NCBI GenBank assembly: GCA_964016885.1
Contig: OZ024740.1
Location: 286,626,001 to 286,690,000, forward strand
Direction: 5' to 3'
Source: Eledone cirrhosa
Taxonomy: Eukaryota
Length of the DNA: 64,000 nt
Notes under the pieces: generated by a model
Databases searched by the model: none
The model's input: the letters and a program-made list of their open reading frames with translations, nothing else
What the model was told of the DNA's origin: nothing
In this document: positions 1 to 12,650 of the stretch, one piece after another
Position numbering within the stretch: position 1 is the stretch's first letter
How the letters are laid out: every line of letters starts with the position of its first letter
Made by a program: the position numbers and the translations under genes

Positions 1-371
1 TCTTAGTTTTTCCATTCCTCTATTTCCTTCCATATTTCTTCCCATCACTTCTCTCACCCAGTCACTTTTATCCTTCCTCAACACATGACCCAACCATTTC
101 ATTAAATAACAAATAGAAATAATAATACAGCAAAGCTTTACATATATATCTAGGATTTATAATTTTGGGTGCCAAAATTTACCACTCCCACAATAAAAAA
201 AATCATTTTAGTCATTTGCTTATGCATGCATGGAGATAAGAAAGTTAATACCATTAAAATAGTTTTATTATCTTGGTTTATTTTGTTGTTGTTTTAGAGA
301 CCACCTTGTTGTAAAATGTGAAATATGTCTTGTGTGTATGTGTGTAATATTATTTTAAACATAATATTTAA

Positions 372-482
372 TGATGATAATGATGGTGATGTTGATGAGA
401 AAGAGAAGAATGTTGATGAAAATGATGCTGGTGCTAATGGTGATGATGATGATGATGATGCTGAGGATGAGGAGGAGGAGGA
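372..482. repeat. Degenerate (GAT)n/(GAG)n trinucleotide microsatellite
   Basis: Runs such as gatgatgatgatgatgatgatg and gaggaggaggag, with gat/gtt/gct variants. Confidence 0.85.
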
Positions 483-2524
483 ATATCAGCCATGAGGTGT
501 ATGTATCAGCTTGACAGTCAAATCAAAATCAACATGAATGGCAGCAGATTAAAAGTGCTAAAGTATTTCTTATCTACACAACAATTTATTCAGTGATTTA
601 TTTGACTTTCCAATGGATTCATATGAGCTGGCTTTAGTATTGTTATTGCTATAACTGTTATTTCTAAAATTTTAGCTATCACTGTTGCTGTTACTACCAG
701 TACTTGAGAAATGGAAAGTGTCTTTTAAGACAAGTAATATAGAACAAGTTGCAGCATTATCATGGGAGTAATTCTGCTTCATTTCCATGTTGATCGCAAA
801 TGGTATATCTGGCTTTGAAAAGAGAAGCAACAAGTATAAAGAAACATATAAATTAACTAAAACAGACAAATTTTTATAGCCAAAATCATTTGATATTATC
901 CCATGTGATTTGTAAGCTTAAGCAAAGTTGTCACAATGATGTTGCTCTTCTGAAAATGTTGTAAGCAAAGTCACTAAGATAAAGGGAGATAAAAATAAGA
1001 TTCTCATTAATAAACAGTACATTTAGTGATTACATTAATGAACTCTAAATTTAAAATATACAGTTTTTACCTGTCAGTTGTTAGCAACTCATAAGCAACA
1101 AGCATCAGAATCCACCATAGACGTTTGTTTATTCATACTTTGCAATTTTTAAACTGAGATTGTTATTTGAAAGCAGTATCTGCCATTTAACATTGTAGTA
1201 AAGATACAAGATTCCCTTCTTGTGGGTTTATGAACAGTATATGTCAAAGAGTACTTTAAAATAGTGAACTCAATTTAGTTTATGTAATACATGTACTAAC
1301 ATTAGAACAGGTTGGAATGAATGCTAATTGCTATAATTCACGACTAACAACATATTCTGATTCTGTTAATGTGGTTTCAGTACATTTATAACATTCTAAT
1401 GATTCTCTTCATTTTGGCTGCTCCTGGAAAAGATTATAAATGCTTTTTTATGGTAGTAACATTCATAAATGACAGGATTGCCTTGCGATTGTCCTTGTCG
1501 TTCATGAATTAAAAAAAAAAAAATAAATAAAAATTAAAAAACGTATCACTATTCAGAGATATGCTGATCTAATAATGATTTTTAATTTAGGCATAAACCC
1601 ATCAATTAGTATGGTGAGCAAAGTCAGTTAAATCAACCCATTAAATTGCTGGCCTCAAACATAAATCATTATTTATAGTAATTGCAACAAATAGAAGGAT
1701 GAAAGGCAAATTGAGTATGGTGGGATTTGAAAATAGGAGATAAAAGGCTAGAAGAAATACCACAAGGTTCTTTGTCTAATACTCTAACAATTCTGCCAAT
1801 CTGCTGCCCTCTTGCTGATCTAATAAGTCATCAAGTACTATTTTTGCAGTTTTTGCAGCTGTTTTAGATTCCTCACAAAAATCAATTGTTGCAATTACTG
1901 TAAATAATGGTTTATGTTCTAGGCCAGCAATTTAATGGGGGAGTGAGGAGTCAGTTAAATTGACCTAGTACTTTATTTTATTGATCACAGAAGAATGAAA
2001 AGCAATGTTGACAGTGGTATGATTTGAAACCAGAACATGTGTCTGCATTGTATTAAAAAATCTGAGACTGAACACCCATGAAAAAAATATATTATTGTTC
2101 CTTATCCCACTGGACACATAATTCTAGTATTTATTTTGATGTATAAAACAGTAATTTGTATTAAATTCAATTCTATTTATTTTCCTGTATTCACATAAAG
2201 ACAATTTGGCGAATTTTTTTTTTTCTTTCTCCATTATGTAGAGGACAGAGAGGAGGAGAGATTGGAAGAAAGAGGATGTAAAAATAGAGAAAGAGAGGGG
2301 GAGAGGTTATAGAATAAGAGAGGAGAAAGAGAGAAATATGAAAGAATATATGAATGAGAGGGAGAGAAAGAAAGAGAGTGAAGGATGACACCATCTTTTG
2401 ATTATGTGGTTTGCAACACTACAAACACAAACACACACAATGCTACATTACACAAACACACACACAATGCTACATTACACAAACACACACACACACAAAC
2501 ATAAGTGTATAATTGTGTTACTTT

Positions 2525-4723
2525 CATCATCATCACCGTTTTACGTCCGTTCTTCCACGCTAGCATGGGTTAGATAGGTTGTCTTGTTGTGGGCAGTGTC
2601 TGGTCGGCTGACCATGCCTTGCATATATGGTAACTGATTCTGGCTTGATTTCTACAGCTGGATGCCCTTCCTAACACCAACCTCATTTACAGTGAGTGCT
2701 GGGTGCTTTTTTTCTGTGGCACCTACTCGTCCACTTTACAGTGTGGGCTGGGTGCTTTTTTGCCGTGGCACCTCCACGACCACTTTGCAGTGGGAGGGTG
2801 TGGGGGGGCATATTGTCTATATGCTTCAGATTCGGCTTGTACCCGTGGGGGGGGTCTTCTGTATTACTGCGTGACGCTAGAAGTCACGGTCATGTGTCAT
2901 CGCCTTTGAGAGGTGTAATTGGGTAGGGTCGGCTTTTATCACCTCATCCCAGGTCTTCTTGAGTCTCCCCACTCCGCGGTTTCCATCGACTTCTAGTGCT
3001 CTGCACCTTTTTATGCAGCTGTCATCATTCATACGCATCACATGTCCATACCAACGCAACTGCCTCTCCTGCACACAGCAATTGATTCCTCTTATGCTCA
3101 GTCTCTCTCTCAATTCCTTTATGCTTTGCCGTTCGCGTATATTACTATTACATATCCATCGGAGCATGTAGGCTTCGTGTCTTTCTAATCTACGCAAGTC
3201 TTCCACAGACAGTGCCCAGGTCTCACTACCATGTAACATTGCTGTTCGTATACACGCATCATACAGTCTGCCTTTCATTTTGAGGGAAAAGACTTTTGCA
3301 GCTAGCAGTGGCAGTAGCTCCCTGAACTTCTTCCATCCTGTTCTTACCCTAGTTATTGTACTTTCCGAACACCCACCTCCGCTGCTAATTCAGTCACCTA
3401 GGTAACGGAAGCTGTCTACTGTTTCTACAGAGCCCTCCCAGAGTTTGGTGGTACTTGTTTCCTGTGACTGTTTGCTGTTTGCTGTCCCAGCACACCTGCT
3501 ACATGTGAAGCCTACATTCTTAGTTAAACTTCCTGAGATCCCGCTACATCTCTTGTGTACCCATTGTTTGCATTTGGGGCAGAAAATGGAGTTCCTACCT
3601 ACACCTTTCCTACATACTGAGCAAGGCCATTTCCCTGAGGGGATCTGGGTTCTGTTTTCTTGTCTACTTACAAGGACCTTAGTCTTTGTCAGGTTGACTT
3701 TGAGACCCTTTCTTTCTAGTCCTTGCTTCCAAGTTTGGAATTTCTTCTCTAGTTCTACCATAGATTCAGCTATAAGTGTGAGGTCATCTGCATACAGGGG
3801 TTCCTATGGGCATCCGGTCTTAAACTCCTCCATTATTGCCTGCATGAACAGGAGTGGGCTAAAAACAGAGCCCTGGTGGACACCGACCTGTACGCTAAAT
3901 TCCTCACTATAGTCATTGCTAATCCTAACTTTGCTGACTGCTCCTCTATACATGGTTTGTACAGCTTTCACAAGCCATTCATCTACTCCTAGTTTTCTAA
4001 GAGCTCATCAGATTATAGCACGGGGAACTCTGTCAAAGGCTTTCTCGAGATCGACGAATGCCAGGTAGAGCGGCTTACTTTTAGCTAGGTACTTTTCCTG
4101 TAGCTGCCTCACAAGGAAGAGGGCATCAGTGGTGCCTTTTCCTGGCACAAACCCAAATTGCATCTCATCTAGTTTCACCCGGTCCCTAATCAACTGTGCT
4201 ATAACTCTTTCTGTTACTTTCATGACCTGGAGTCCATCAGCTTTATACCTCTGTAGTTTCCTGCATCTAGTGCATCACCTTTGCCTTTGTAGCAGTTGAC
4301 AATGATGCTACTGCACCAATCCTTTGGTATGACACCTAGTATTACCTGGTTAACAATACGTGTGGTTATGGTGTGACCTACCGACCCAGATGCCTTCAGC
4401 ATCTCAGCAGCTATACCCGATGGACCGGTTGCCTTCTCTGTCTTCATATCTTTGATTGCCTTACTTACTATGCTGCTGCTAACTTGTACTGCTTGCCCCT
4501 CTATAGGGTCTACTTGTGGTAGGGTCTCTTCTTCCCATGCATTCTCCTCATTTAGTAATCTTTCATAATGGCTCTTCCATGCATCTTCTCAGCAATTGTG
4601 AGGGAAAGCTCACCTTTACCATTCCGTATACACTTCTTTCCAATGACATCACAATTCTCTCTGACACACTGCCTCGCAATCTTGAACACCTCCTGTTTCT
4701 GGTCCTCACATTGCAAAACATGC
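2525..4723 (-). mobile_element. 5'-truncated RTE-clade LINE, family A (RT, C-terminal domain, 3'UTR and (GAT)n tail), disrupted
   Basis: Minus-strand RT motifs NYRGIKLM, QFGFVPGKGTTDA, FVDLEKAFD, GVHQGSVFSPLLF, LYADDL, GLKVNLTKTK, FRYLG, MLHGSETW, LRWYGHVMRM; (CAT)n tail at 2525. Closely similar to the + copy at 61567-62712. Contains stops and a frameshift. Confidence 0.95.
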
Positions 4724-4749
4724 TTACATACATATATATATATATACTA

Positions 4750-5190
4750 TTTTTGGACACGTGATGCACATGGAAAATAACAACTGCATAAAGAAATGCA
4801 GAGAAACCCCAGTGGTTGGGACCCACGGAAGAGGCAGACTCAGGAAGACATGGGATGAGGTAAAGACACCTTAAAAAACTAAACCTCACAACAGAAATGA
4901 CTAAGAGCCACAAGACCTACCCAATATATTCACCCAGTACATGCTGTAAAGTGGTTGGTGATATGAAGGGCATACAGCCATAGGCAGCTTGGGAGGACCC
5001 TCAGTTGTGTCAAAGACATGACAATCTCTCCTGTGCACTCGGTAGAACATGAAAGTGTACATAAGTGAGATACTCTTCCTTGGTCTGTTCGAGAGATCAG
5101 CAGTCCTCCTTCAATATTGATTTAGTCTATGTAGACCGATCCAACGCTTGCTAACAGGAAAAGCAGACGTTAAAATGATGATGACAATGA
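4750..5190 (+). mobile_element. Older RTE 3'-end fragment with RTE-type tail
   Basis: Decayed FGHVMHM...GRGRLRKTWDE coding remnant, then gggcatacagccatag and gcagacgttaaaatgatgatgac. Confidence 0.7.
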
Positions 5191-5469
5191 GGAATTATGA
5201 GCAATCTGAATGTAAAAATACTTTTTTTTGTTGGATAAAAGAGTTCCTATATCAGCTGATAATGTTTTACATCAAAGTGAATATATCATGTGTCCTCTTG
5301 AATATTGAAATGTTGTGAAATGTCATGGGCCAGCTACTTTAAACATAATATCAACCATAGTGCTCATATATTAGTTCAACGGTCAACTGAAAAATATCAG
5401 CAGGAATAATATCAGACATCCTCCTCCTCCTCCTGAGAGGGGGGGGGGGGGGGGGGGTCCAAATCTTTC

Positions 5470-6120
5470 TTTTCTCCCTTTTTGAAAATTGTGATTTTCA
5501 CTCCCGATTGCCATTGTTTAGGTGACTTTCCAGAGATCCAGGTCACCTGGCACACAAATCAGCCAGAGAATACCTTCTCTATTTAAGGCTTTTAACATCT
5601 CGGGCTGGATTTCATCTTCCCAAGCGGCCTTACCACATTTCAGCTCTTTAACTGCTCTTGTGGTCTCAGCCTCTGAGAGATTAGTCACCACTCTTAGATG
5701 TACCTTGTGTACATCAGAAGATGCTATTGTGATCGGGTTTAGGAGATCAGCAAAGTTTTCTTTCCACTTCACGAGGATGTACTTCTCTGAAGAGAGAACC
5801 CCAGATGCATTTCTGATAGCAAGTATGGAGGAGGATGGTCTGCGAGAACACTTTATTTGCTGATATAAAGTCGGATTCCAGCTTAACCCCAAAGTCCTCC
5901 CATGTCTTAATTTTGGACACCTTTACTATCTCTGCTGTGATTCTTCATATCTGCTTGTACTGCAAGTGCAAGAAGGGGGACTTATTTCCAATCCAAGCTT
6001 TGTAGCCTTTTTCTTTGTCAGATGGCATCTTTCACCTCTTGATTGAAACAAGAGGGCCTCCTGTCATCCAGTACCACACCAAGCCTCTTTCACCTGAAGT
6101 AGTTAACAGCTGAAAGAGAA
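5470..6120 (-). mobile_element. Degenerate RTE-like LINE fragment (EN-RT linker)
   Basis: ILVKWKENFADLLN...ELKCGKAAWEDEIQPEMLKAL resembles the RWxEyFxxLLN...GKApGxDxIxxEmLK linker. Confidence 0.75.
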
Positions 6121-7126
6121 ACTGCTGCTTATAACACTTCAAAATTAGGGATAATTCATTCCAAACCCACGATCAATACTGAAAGTCTAAAAATTAATAT
6201 AACACTAATAACCAACAAAGAATAAACACATATAATGAAACCAATGCAATAATAGTCCAATATGGTTATATATTGCAAGAATAAATTAGCAGAAATAAAA
6301 ACAATTGCTTCAATTTATTTTGTTTACATACTTGATACACATCATTGCAAAGAGAGTGAATGAAAGGAAAAAATTCAACACTCTTACACAAGCACACAGA
6401 ATTTTCACAATTGAGCCCAAGTGACATTTCATTACTGGCATAACTACAGTTTAGACTGCTCTTGAATTTGTTTTTTCATAACTTTCTTAACAATGTATAT
6501 TTTTTAACAAATGTTTCCAGAGAGACATTTTCAAAGGTTTAGATTACAATTATGTCAATGAAATTTGTCAATTTGCAATTCATAGCTGTAGAAATGACCT
6601 TATATGCCTGTCGAAAATCTGTAACACTGTTCTAATTATTATTCTTCATTATTCACCATGCAATTGGAAGACATGATAAAAAGCATTTCAGCATTTATAT
6701 TTAACCTACTACAAACACAAATCAAAAGTATTCAGTAAATGGGTCAGGGGACTAAACTGCAATGATGCCTCATTACCCTAGTTTTTCATTCATTATTTTT
6801 GTATAGAAATCATTTGGTAACAAGAATTTATTTATTACCATGATTTTCATAACCATAGATATTTGTTTTATTACCAAAGTCTCCATTATGTGTGTATGTA
6901 TGTCAGGTCGCTCTTCAGCGTAACATGTAACCCAGTATAATCTGAGGATCAGGTTGTTGGTGACTAAACTGGCAACCCCACCAAGCTTGCTTGTTTGGTT
7001 AGGGGTGATTTTGGACACGCTACGGGATGAAAATCAAAACCCGTCAAAGGACAGAAGAACTCAAGAGAATCAACAGCCATCCAATAAAATATTTTCTTTT
7101 GTGGAGCAAGAGATTCCTAGTCTTCA

Positions 7127-7317
7127 TTAACCCTTTAACATTTAAACAGGCTGTATCCAGCCAGAATTCTCTCACCTCTTTCTGTTCAAACCAGCTGTAA
7201 CCAGTCGCTTTTACTGATGTTAAGGTATTGTTTCCAAAATAAATAATATCAAAATCTCATATATTTGATATTATGTGAGATATTATGTGAAGTAAAGCCT
7301 TTACAATGAAAACATAA
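7127..7317 (+). mobile_element. Partial copy of the TTAA/CCC (piggyBac-like) MITE
   Basis: ttaaccctttaacatttaaac...tctctcacctctttctgttcaaac matches the complete copy at 56477-56694. Confidence 0.7.
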
Positions 7318-7323
7318 TCTCTC

Positions 7324-7712
7324 TCTATATAAAATTATTTGTCTCTCTGTCTGTCTGTCTTTTCCTTATGCATTCCAAAACAGATTGACCAAATCAAATC
7401 AAATTTTACAAGGTATTAGACCCCGGGAGTAACAACATATGATTTTTATTTTCATTTGGATTAAAGACAACTATAAACGGATATTTTATAACATGATGAC
7501 GACATCCCATTTTGTAAATTATGTGGCTGTGAGTATGTGTGTTTGCACATTAGTTATGTATGTTACACCTTAGTAAGTTACATTCGCACACATCTTCATG
7601 TAAATACTTAATCAGATACACGATTCGGATGTTGGTTTACGCACACACACACACTCACACATATTTATATACAACTAGCAGAAAAACCACCCTTTGGGTG
7701 GTTTTCTGCTAG
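7324..7712 (+). mobile_element. Possible non-autonomous Helitron-like element
   Basis: Starts TCTATATAAAA followed by (TGTC)n, as in DINE/HINE-like 5' ends; candidate CTAG|T end at 7709-7713. Confidence 0.4.
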
Positions 7713-8489
7713 TATGTGTAGTGTGCATATTGATATTAGCCTCGCCATCACCCGAGGTAAAACTGTCAGTGTGCTGGCTTGCCTCAAAAATCATTAGAGA
7801 GGTTGCACAGCACTCCTCGCTGCTGTCTTTTACTCTGGTGGTGGCTCAGTTGTTCACCCCTTCCTTTACATTTTCTTTAATATTGCAACATTAAAGGAAT
7901 ATACCCTTCTGACAGAATCGCGAGCAATTTATAATGTTATGTAAGCATTTGTAATGTTATTTATGTATATATTTAAAACATATTTGTTATGTTCTACTGT
8001 AAATTTATTTATATGCTTTGTATATATCATATGTGTTCATATTTTCACTCCCATTTGTAACATTATTTAATAAAATAAAAATATATATGCATGTAGATAT
8101 ACATCAAATAAAATAGTAATTGACAATATACACAGAAATTGAACGAAGATTGCGTTACACTCTCTTATGTAATCAGTAACGTAATCCATGATACATTAAA
8201 AAAAGATGATATTATATATAAACTGCATTAGGAGATAATTAGTGACAGAAATATATTAATGTTTATTTAAGCGATCGCTAACTGGAAGTGTTGACATTTG
8301 AAAATTTTAAAGAAGTGAATCTTTAAATAAACAATAAAATATATTTAATCAACAGCTACGAAATTTAGTAGATAAATTATGCAATATTCATTTATTATTT
8401 ATTCAAAGTAATCCAACTTATTTTACTAACTGGATTAAAAGAAATAAACCGTACGCAGTCCCGTACTCCTTACTTTATTATAGTTTAGA
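7675..8489 (-). mobile_element. Non-autonomous Helitron-like element
   Basis: Minus strand reads A|TCTAAACTATAATAAAG...TTCTGCTAG|T: 5'-TC and 3'-CTAG ends in an A|T site, adjacent to a Helitron helicase remnant. Confidence 0.55.
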
Positions 8490-8534
8490 TTATCTGTATC
8501 TATATATCTATATCTACATATCTATATCTACATA

Positions 8535-9018
8535 TCTATATAAAATATTTGAACTTGCATCATCCTTTTGAGATACGTGGACCTGCTACTTTTATGCAAT
8601 GGCACACACTTTACAGCCAGGAGGATGATGAACCATCTCCTAGAGGTCACTATTCTTGGAGGATATCATAATGGAGAAAATGCATTTATTCCCAAGATTC
8701 CTCTTATCCCTTCCTCTACCGAACAGCCATTTAAATTCTCAAGACTTCAGTTCCCTGTTAGAGCCAGTTTTTCTATGGCTGTACATAAATCTCAGGCTCA
8801 GAGTTTCAAAGTTGTAGAATTGAATACAAGAGAATCGCTTTTTACACATGGACAGTTATATGTAGGTTGTCCATGAGTGGAAACACCTAGAAATCTTCAT
8901 ATACTATGTACAAACAGTAAAACAAAGAATCTGGTGTAAGCTTCAAGCACAGGCATCGCTTGATATGTGACATTTTTTTTGCAATGCAGGGCATGGCTGG
9001 CGATAGGCAAGCCTCTAG
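8535..9018 (+). mobile_element. Helitron remnant with C-terminal PIF1-family (RepHel) helicase fragment
   Basis: LCNGT...FIPKIPLIPS...PFKFSRLQFPVRASFSMAVHKSQAQS...FTHGQLYVGC matches the RepHel C-terminal motifs (LCNGTRL, QFP, TINKSQGQS, FsHGQLYVA). A|TC at 8535, CTAG at 9015-9018. Confidence 0.85.
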
Positions 9019-9165
9019 AAAGACTAAAACACTATGTCAGTGATGCTCATGCTTAAGTATCAAGTGATGGCATTACTCAAAATCGAGTTGCAGCCATCAT
9101 CATCATCCTGTGTGTGTGTATGTATTTATGTATATATGTATGCTTGTTTGTTTGTTTTTCACAAA

Positions 9166-9300
9166 GGAGGCACATGGCTTTGTGGTTAGAGGATTGGCCT
9201 TGCAATAAAAAGATTGTGACTTCAATTCTCAGACCGGGTGATGTGTTGTTTCCTTGAGCAAGACACTTTATTTCACATTGCTCCAGTTTACTCAGCTGTA
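9166..9300 (+). mobile_element. tRNA-headed CORE-type SINE
   Basis: ggaggcacatggctttgtggttaga (A-box-like), ttcaattc (B-box remnant), tccttgagcaagacacttt (resembles CORE CCTTGGGCAAGT). Related copies near 10084, 20861, 29360, 52440 (+) and 52040, 60960, 61290 (-). Confidence 0.7.
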
Positions 9301-9335
9301 GAAATGAGATGATAGGGACTGGGGTCCCTATCATT

Positions 9336-9497
9336 CCACTGCAAAGTGGTCGTGGAGGTGCCACGGCAAAAAAGCACCCAGCACTCACTGTAAATGAGGT
9401 TGGTGTTAGGAAGGGCATCCAGCTGTAGAAATCAAGCCAGAATCAGTTCCCGTCCCACCCTTGCAAGCAGGGAAAAGCAGACGTAAAATGAAATGAT
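9336..9497 (+). mobile_element. RTE family A 3'UTR/tail fragment fused behind the SINE
   Basis: gcaaagtggtcgtggaggtgccacggcaaaaaagcacccagcac...gggcatccagctgtagaaatcaagccaga is nearly identical to parts of 62443-62597. Confidence 0.8.
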
Positions 9498-10083
9498 TGT
9501 CACCATTTTCTTTGAAAAATAAAAAGAATAAAACTTATATTCTTTTCGCATGTATCGAGTGCTCATTCAGTTAATGTTTGACTGTTCTTTGTATGTTTGT
9601 ACATAAAACACCTCTCTCGATATTATAAAGTAAAGCCATTCCTCAGTTTACAATTGCTTGTTTTAATAAGGTTTATTTATTAATACCAAAACCTAAATAA
9701 TGCACAGTTGAAAAAATGAATAAGATTCAAATTTGAAATTTTCTGATTATATTTATGTAACAAAATGAATATCAGTTTCACACCGGTATCACATTTTGAA
9801 AGTATTATTGTTAACACAATTGAAACACTTAAGGTATTTATCTTAGGTTTCATCATTATTGTACCTGCCATCATCATCTGTACATTTTCCTATGCTAACA
9901 TGGGTTGGATGGGTCCCACTGTCCATTACAGTCTGTCTTCTGGCACACATAGCAACAGAGAAAATCATCCAACTTTGTTGTTGTGTATACCTTACAATGT
10001 GAACTAGGTAGATTTTATTGTCACTAGTTAGTTTGTGTTTTCTTCCAAGAAAGTATAATTTAGTGTGCTTCAATTCAGAGTGT

Positions 10084-10395
10084 GGAGGAATGTGGCCTAG
10101 TAGTTAGATTTTGGGCATATGATTGTAAAGTTATTGGTTTGATTTCCAGATTGTATGGCATTGTGTCTTTGAGCAAAGCACTTCATTTCAGTTGAAAATA
10201 TGAATACCAACAGCACCTGGAGGTTAACTTTGCAATAGAATGGCATCCTGCCCTGGTACTTGTACTCTTAGTTATTTAGCCCTATGAAACCAGGATAAAC
10301 TCTGGCCTGACAAGCCTTTAGGCTTGCAACTGACTTTTAACTAACAACTCTGATAAGCCTTTAAGCTTGCAACTGATTTGTAACTAACAACTCAG
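10084..10395 (+). mobile_element. CORE-type SINE with a duplicated ~43-bp 3' end
   Basis: ggaggaatgtggcctagtagttag...tgtctttgagcaaagcacttc; ctga(c/t)aagccttta(g/a)gcttgcaactga...aactaacaact occurs twice. Confidence 0.6.
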
Positions 10396-12099
10396 AACAT
10401 GTTTCATTGAAATATACCGCGAGAAGTTTTATTTTATGTGAAGAGACATTTTAAACCACATCACTTAAGTGACTTATTTATAGATGCTGGTTATGATTTT
10501 TTTTTTTACCTAATGCAATTTAATTTCTTTTTTGTATTAAACAGGGACAGTTTAAAATACATTTGTAATAAAAGTATTGATTTTTAAAAAAGAAACTAAC
10601 AGTAATAACTCCTACTTGTACAGTTTGTTTTGTGCATTCATTTGTTTTATGTGTTTTCTGATATATAAAATACTGCTTTTGCTATTTGTCTTAAACCAAG
10701 GAAATAACTTTAGGTTTGGTCATATAAATTATGACTTAAAGAGTGTGAAAGGATCATGAAAGATATTCAAGTAAGAATAAAAACAAAATAAAAGCAGTTG
10801 ATGTGTGTTAACAGTTCTTATCTGTTTCAAAGCCAGTTAAGTTCTCTCATAGAAATAAAAGCCAGGGTAATAAAACCTGTATTCATACCAATGTTGATAT
10901 ATCTGTATCAAATTTAGATTCTAAACAAGATTGAAGAAAAGGCAATCAGAATATCCAAAATTAATTTCAGAGAAAATCAAAGAAAAAGATGAGATAGAAA
11001 GATGGATGAGTTGATATCCATCATTGAGTATATTGTGATATAAAGCACTAAGTCAGCTACTCCTTTCAGCTTATAATATTAAAATACTTTGGTTTCATAG
11101 CCAGAGAAGGTCTTTATGTCAGTAATAGATAGAATATTAGAAGTATTGCTTTCTCCTAGTATAATGTTGTAAGCATCCCAATGTGTTTTACTGTAACATA
11201 TTATTTTCACTGTAATACCATTGACAACATTCAGATGATGTAAAATGAGAAGAAGATCAAATTCAAAGTGGTTGAAATGAACTACATTATCCTCATCATC
11301 ATCATCTCTCATTCATTTTTCCATGCTTGCATAGGTCAGACTCACAATTGATATGATATTTAATTATATAGGTGACTTCATTGATATTCTTATTTTTGTT
11401 GTTTAATCCTGATCGAGAAGACCTGTGGTCAATGGCATTCAAACCTTGATCATCCCATCTTTTTGTATTTTAGGGACTGCATTGTCCAATGTGCCTATCC
11501 TTTTTTAAGATGGTCAGGTGGGATTTAAGGGAGATTTTGGCTCTATTGACTTGGGAGGTACCCAGAAGTGAACACTATAAGTTTCGAGCTTGTAGTTGTA
11601 GAGAGCAAATTAATGAAATAAATACAGATTAGCTAAAAAAAGAGGAATCATACTTTGGTGTATAGTATGCCAAATAGACTGAATTGGTTGAGGCTTTCAA
11701 CTTCAGTTTTGCCAAAGCCTAAACAAAGTTAATTTATATAAGCATATCTTAAAAGAAATATGTATCTAACATGTTTGACACTGACCTCCTACCATGTGTA
11801 TGGTCATGATGGGTGTCTGCATGAAAATCACTGAAAAAGAAATTATATATGTCAATTAAATCTGAAACAAGGAAGATAAATTTGTGAGCTTGATGATATC
11901 CATGGCAATGGTTACTGCAGAGCTTAAACTAAAGCAACAAAGTAAAATGACCACTGATTCATAGAGAAAGTGGTGTAAATGACAATAACAAATAGAAGTC
12001 TGTGGCAGAATAGAATACTGGCCTGGTGGGATATAGCCAAACATCATCGGGACTGAAATACCAAGTTAGTGGGTACAGTGAGTTAAGGCTTTGGAAAAT

Positions 12100-12313
12100 T
12101 TAACCCTAACATTATTCTATATATAATATTGTATTTTCATGGTAAAGGCTTTATCTGACATAATTATCTCACATAATATTGAATCTATGAGATTTTTATA
12201 TTATTTATTTGGAAAAGAATACTTTAACATCAATATGAACGGCCAGCTACAGCTAGTTTGAACAGAAAGAGGTGAGAGAATTCTGGCCAGATATGGCCGG
12301 TTTAAATGCTAAA
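12100..12313 (-). mobile_element. Copy of the TTAA/CCC (piggyBac-like) MITE
   Basis: Reverse complement of the 56477-56694 element (tttgaacagaaagaggtgagagaa...ggtttaaatgctaaa). Confidence 0.7.
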
Positions 12314-12577
12314 AAAAAAGACAATTTGATTAGTAATTGTTTTTATGAACATGAATGTACTGATGGGTGTTTATTTAGTCTGGAGGTTTTATAAGATGCT
12401 TTAATATCAGCCATAATTATGTTGGTGGAAGAAATTAGAGTGTGTCAGAATGTTACCAATTATTGATCTGTTTAACTTTGCTTGTTTGATAAAACATGTG
12501 TTTTAAATGTGTATTAAATCTTTTTTTTTTATATTCACAACTGCATGTTTATTTTACAGTTGCTAAGAAACTTAAAC

Positions 12578-12650
12578 ATGGGACAAGAAATCCAAGTCTT
12601 AGTGTTTGTGTTGGTAATACTCCTTTGTGAAGCATGTGATACCAAACGCT
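12578..12650 (+). CDS. Host gene coding exon 1: signal peptide
   Basis: Acceptor ttttacAG ends at 12559, so the exon starts at 12560 and an upstream UTR exon is implied. ATG in aacATGg context; encodes MGQEIQVLVFVLVILLCEACDTKR; donor GTAAGT at 12651, phase 1. Confidence 0.8.

Noticed and set aside
372-495. Acidic (D/E-rich) coding exon
   Set aside because: A trinucleotide microsatellite with no convincing splice sites or linked exons.
672-869. 65-aa ORF with a signal-peptide-like start
   Set aside because: Non-ATG start, short, AT-rich, and no supporting exon structure.
5438-5457. Poly-G tract as a G-quadruplex regulatory element
   Set aside because: A homopolymer inside decayed LINE sequence. 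Similar G/C runs at 39763, 47853 and 54784 also lie in repeats, and their lengths are error-prone.
8568-8876. Cellular PIF1 helicase gene
   Set aside because: It is only a C-terminal fragment with degraded motifs and an in-frame stop, in a Helitron-like terminal context.
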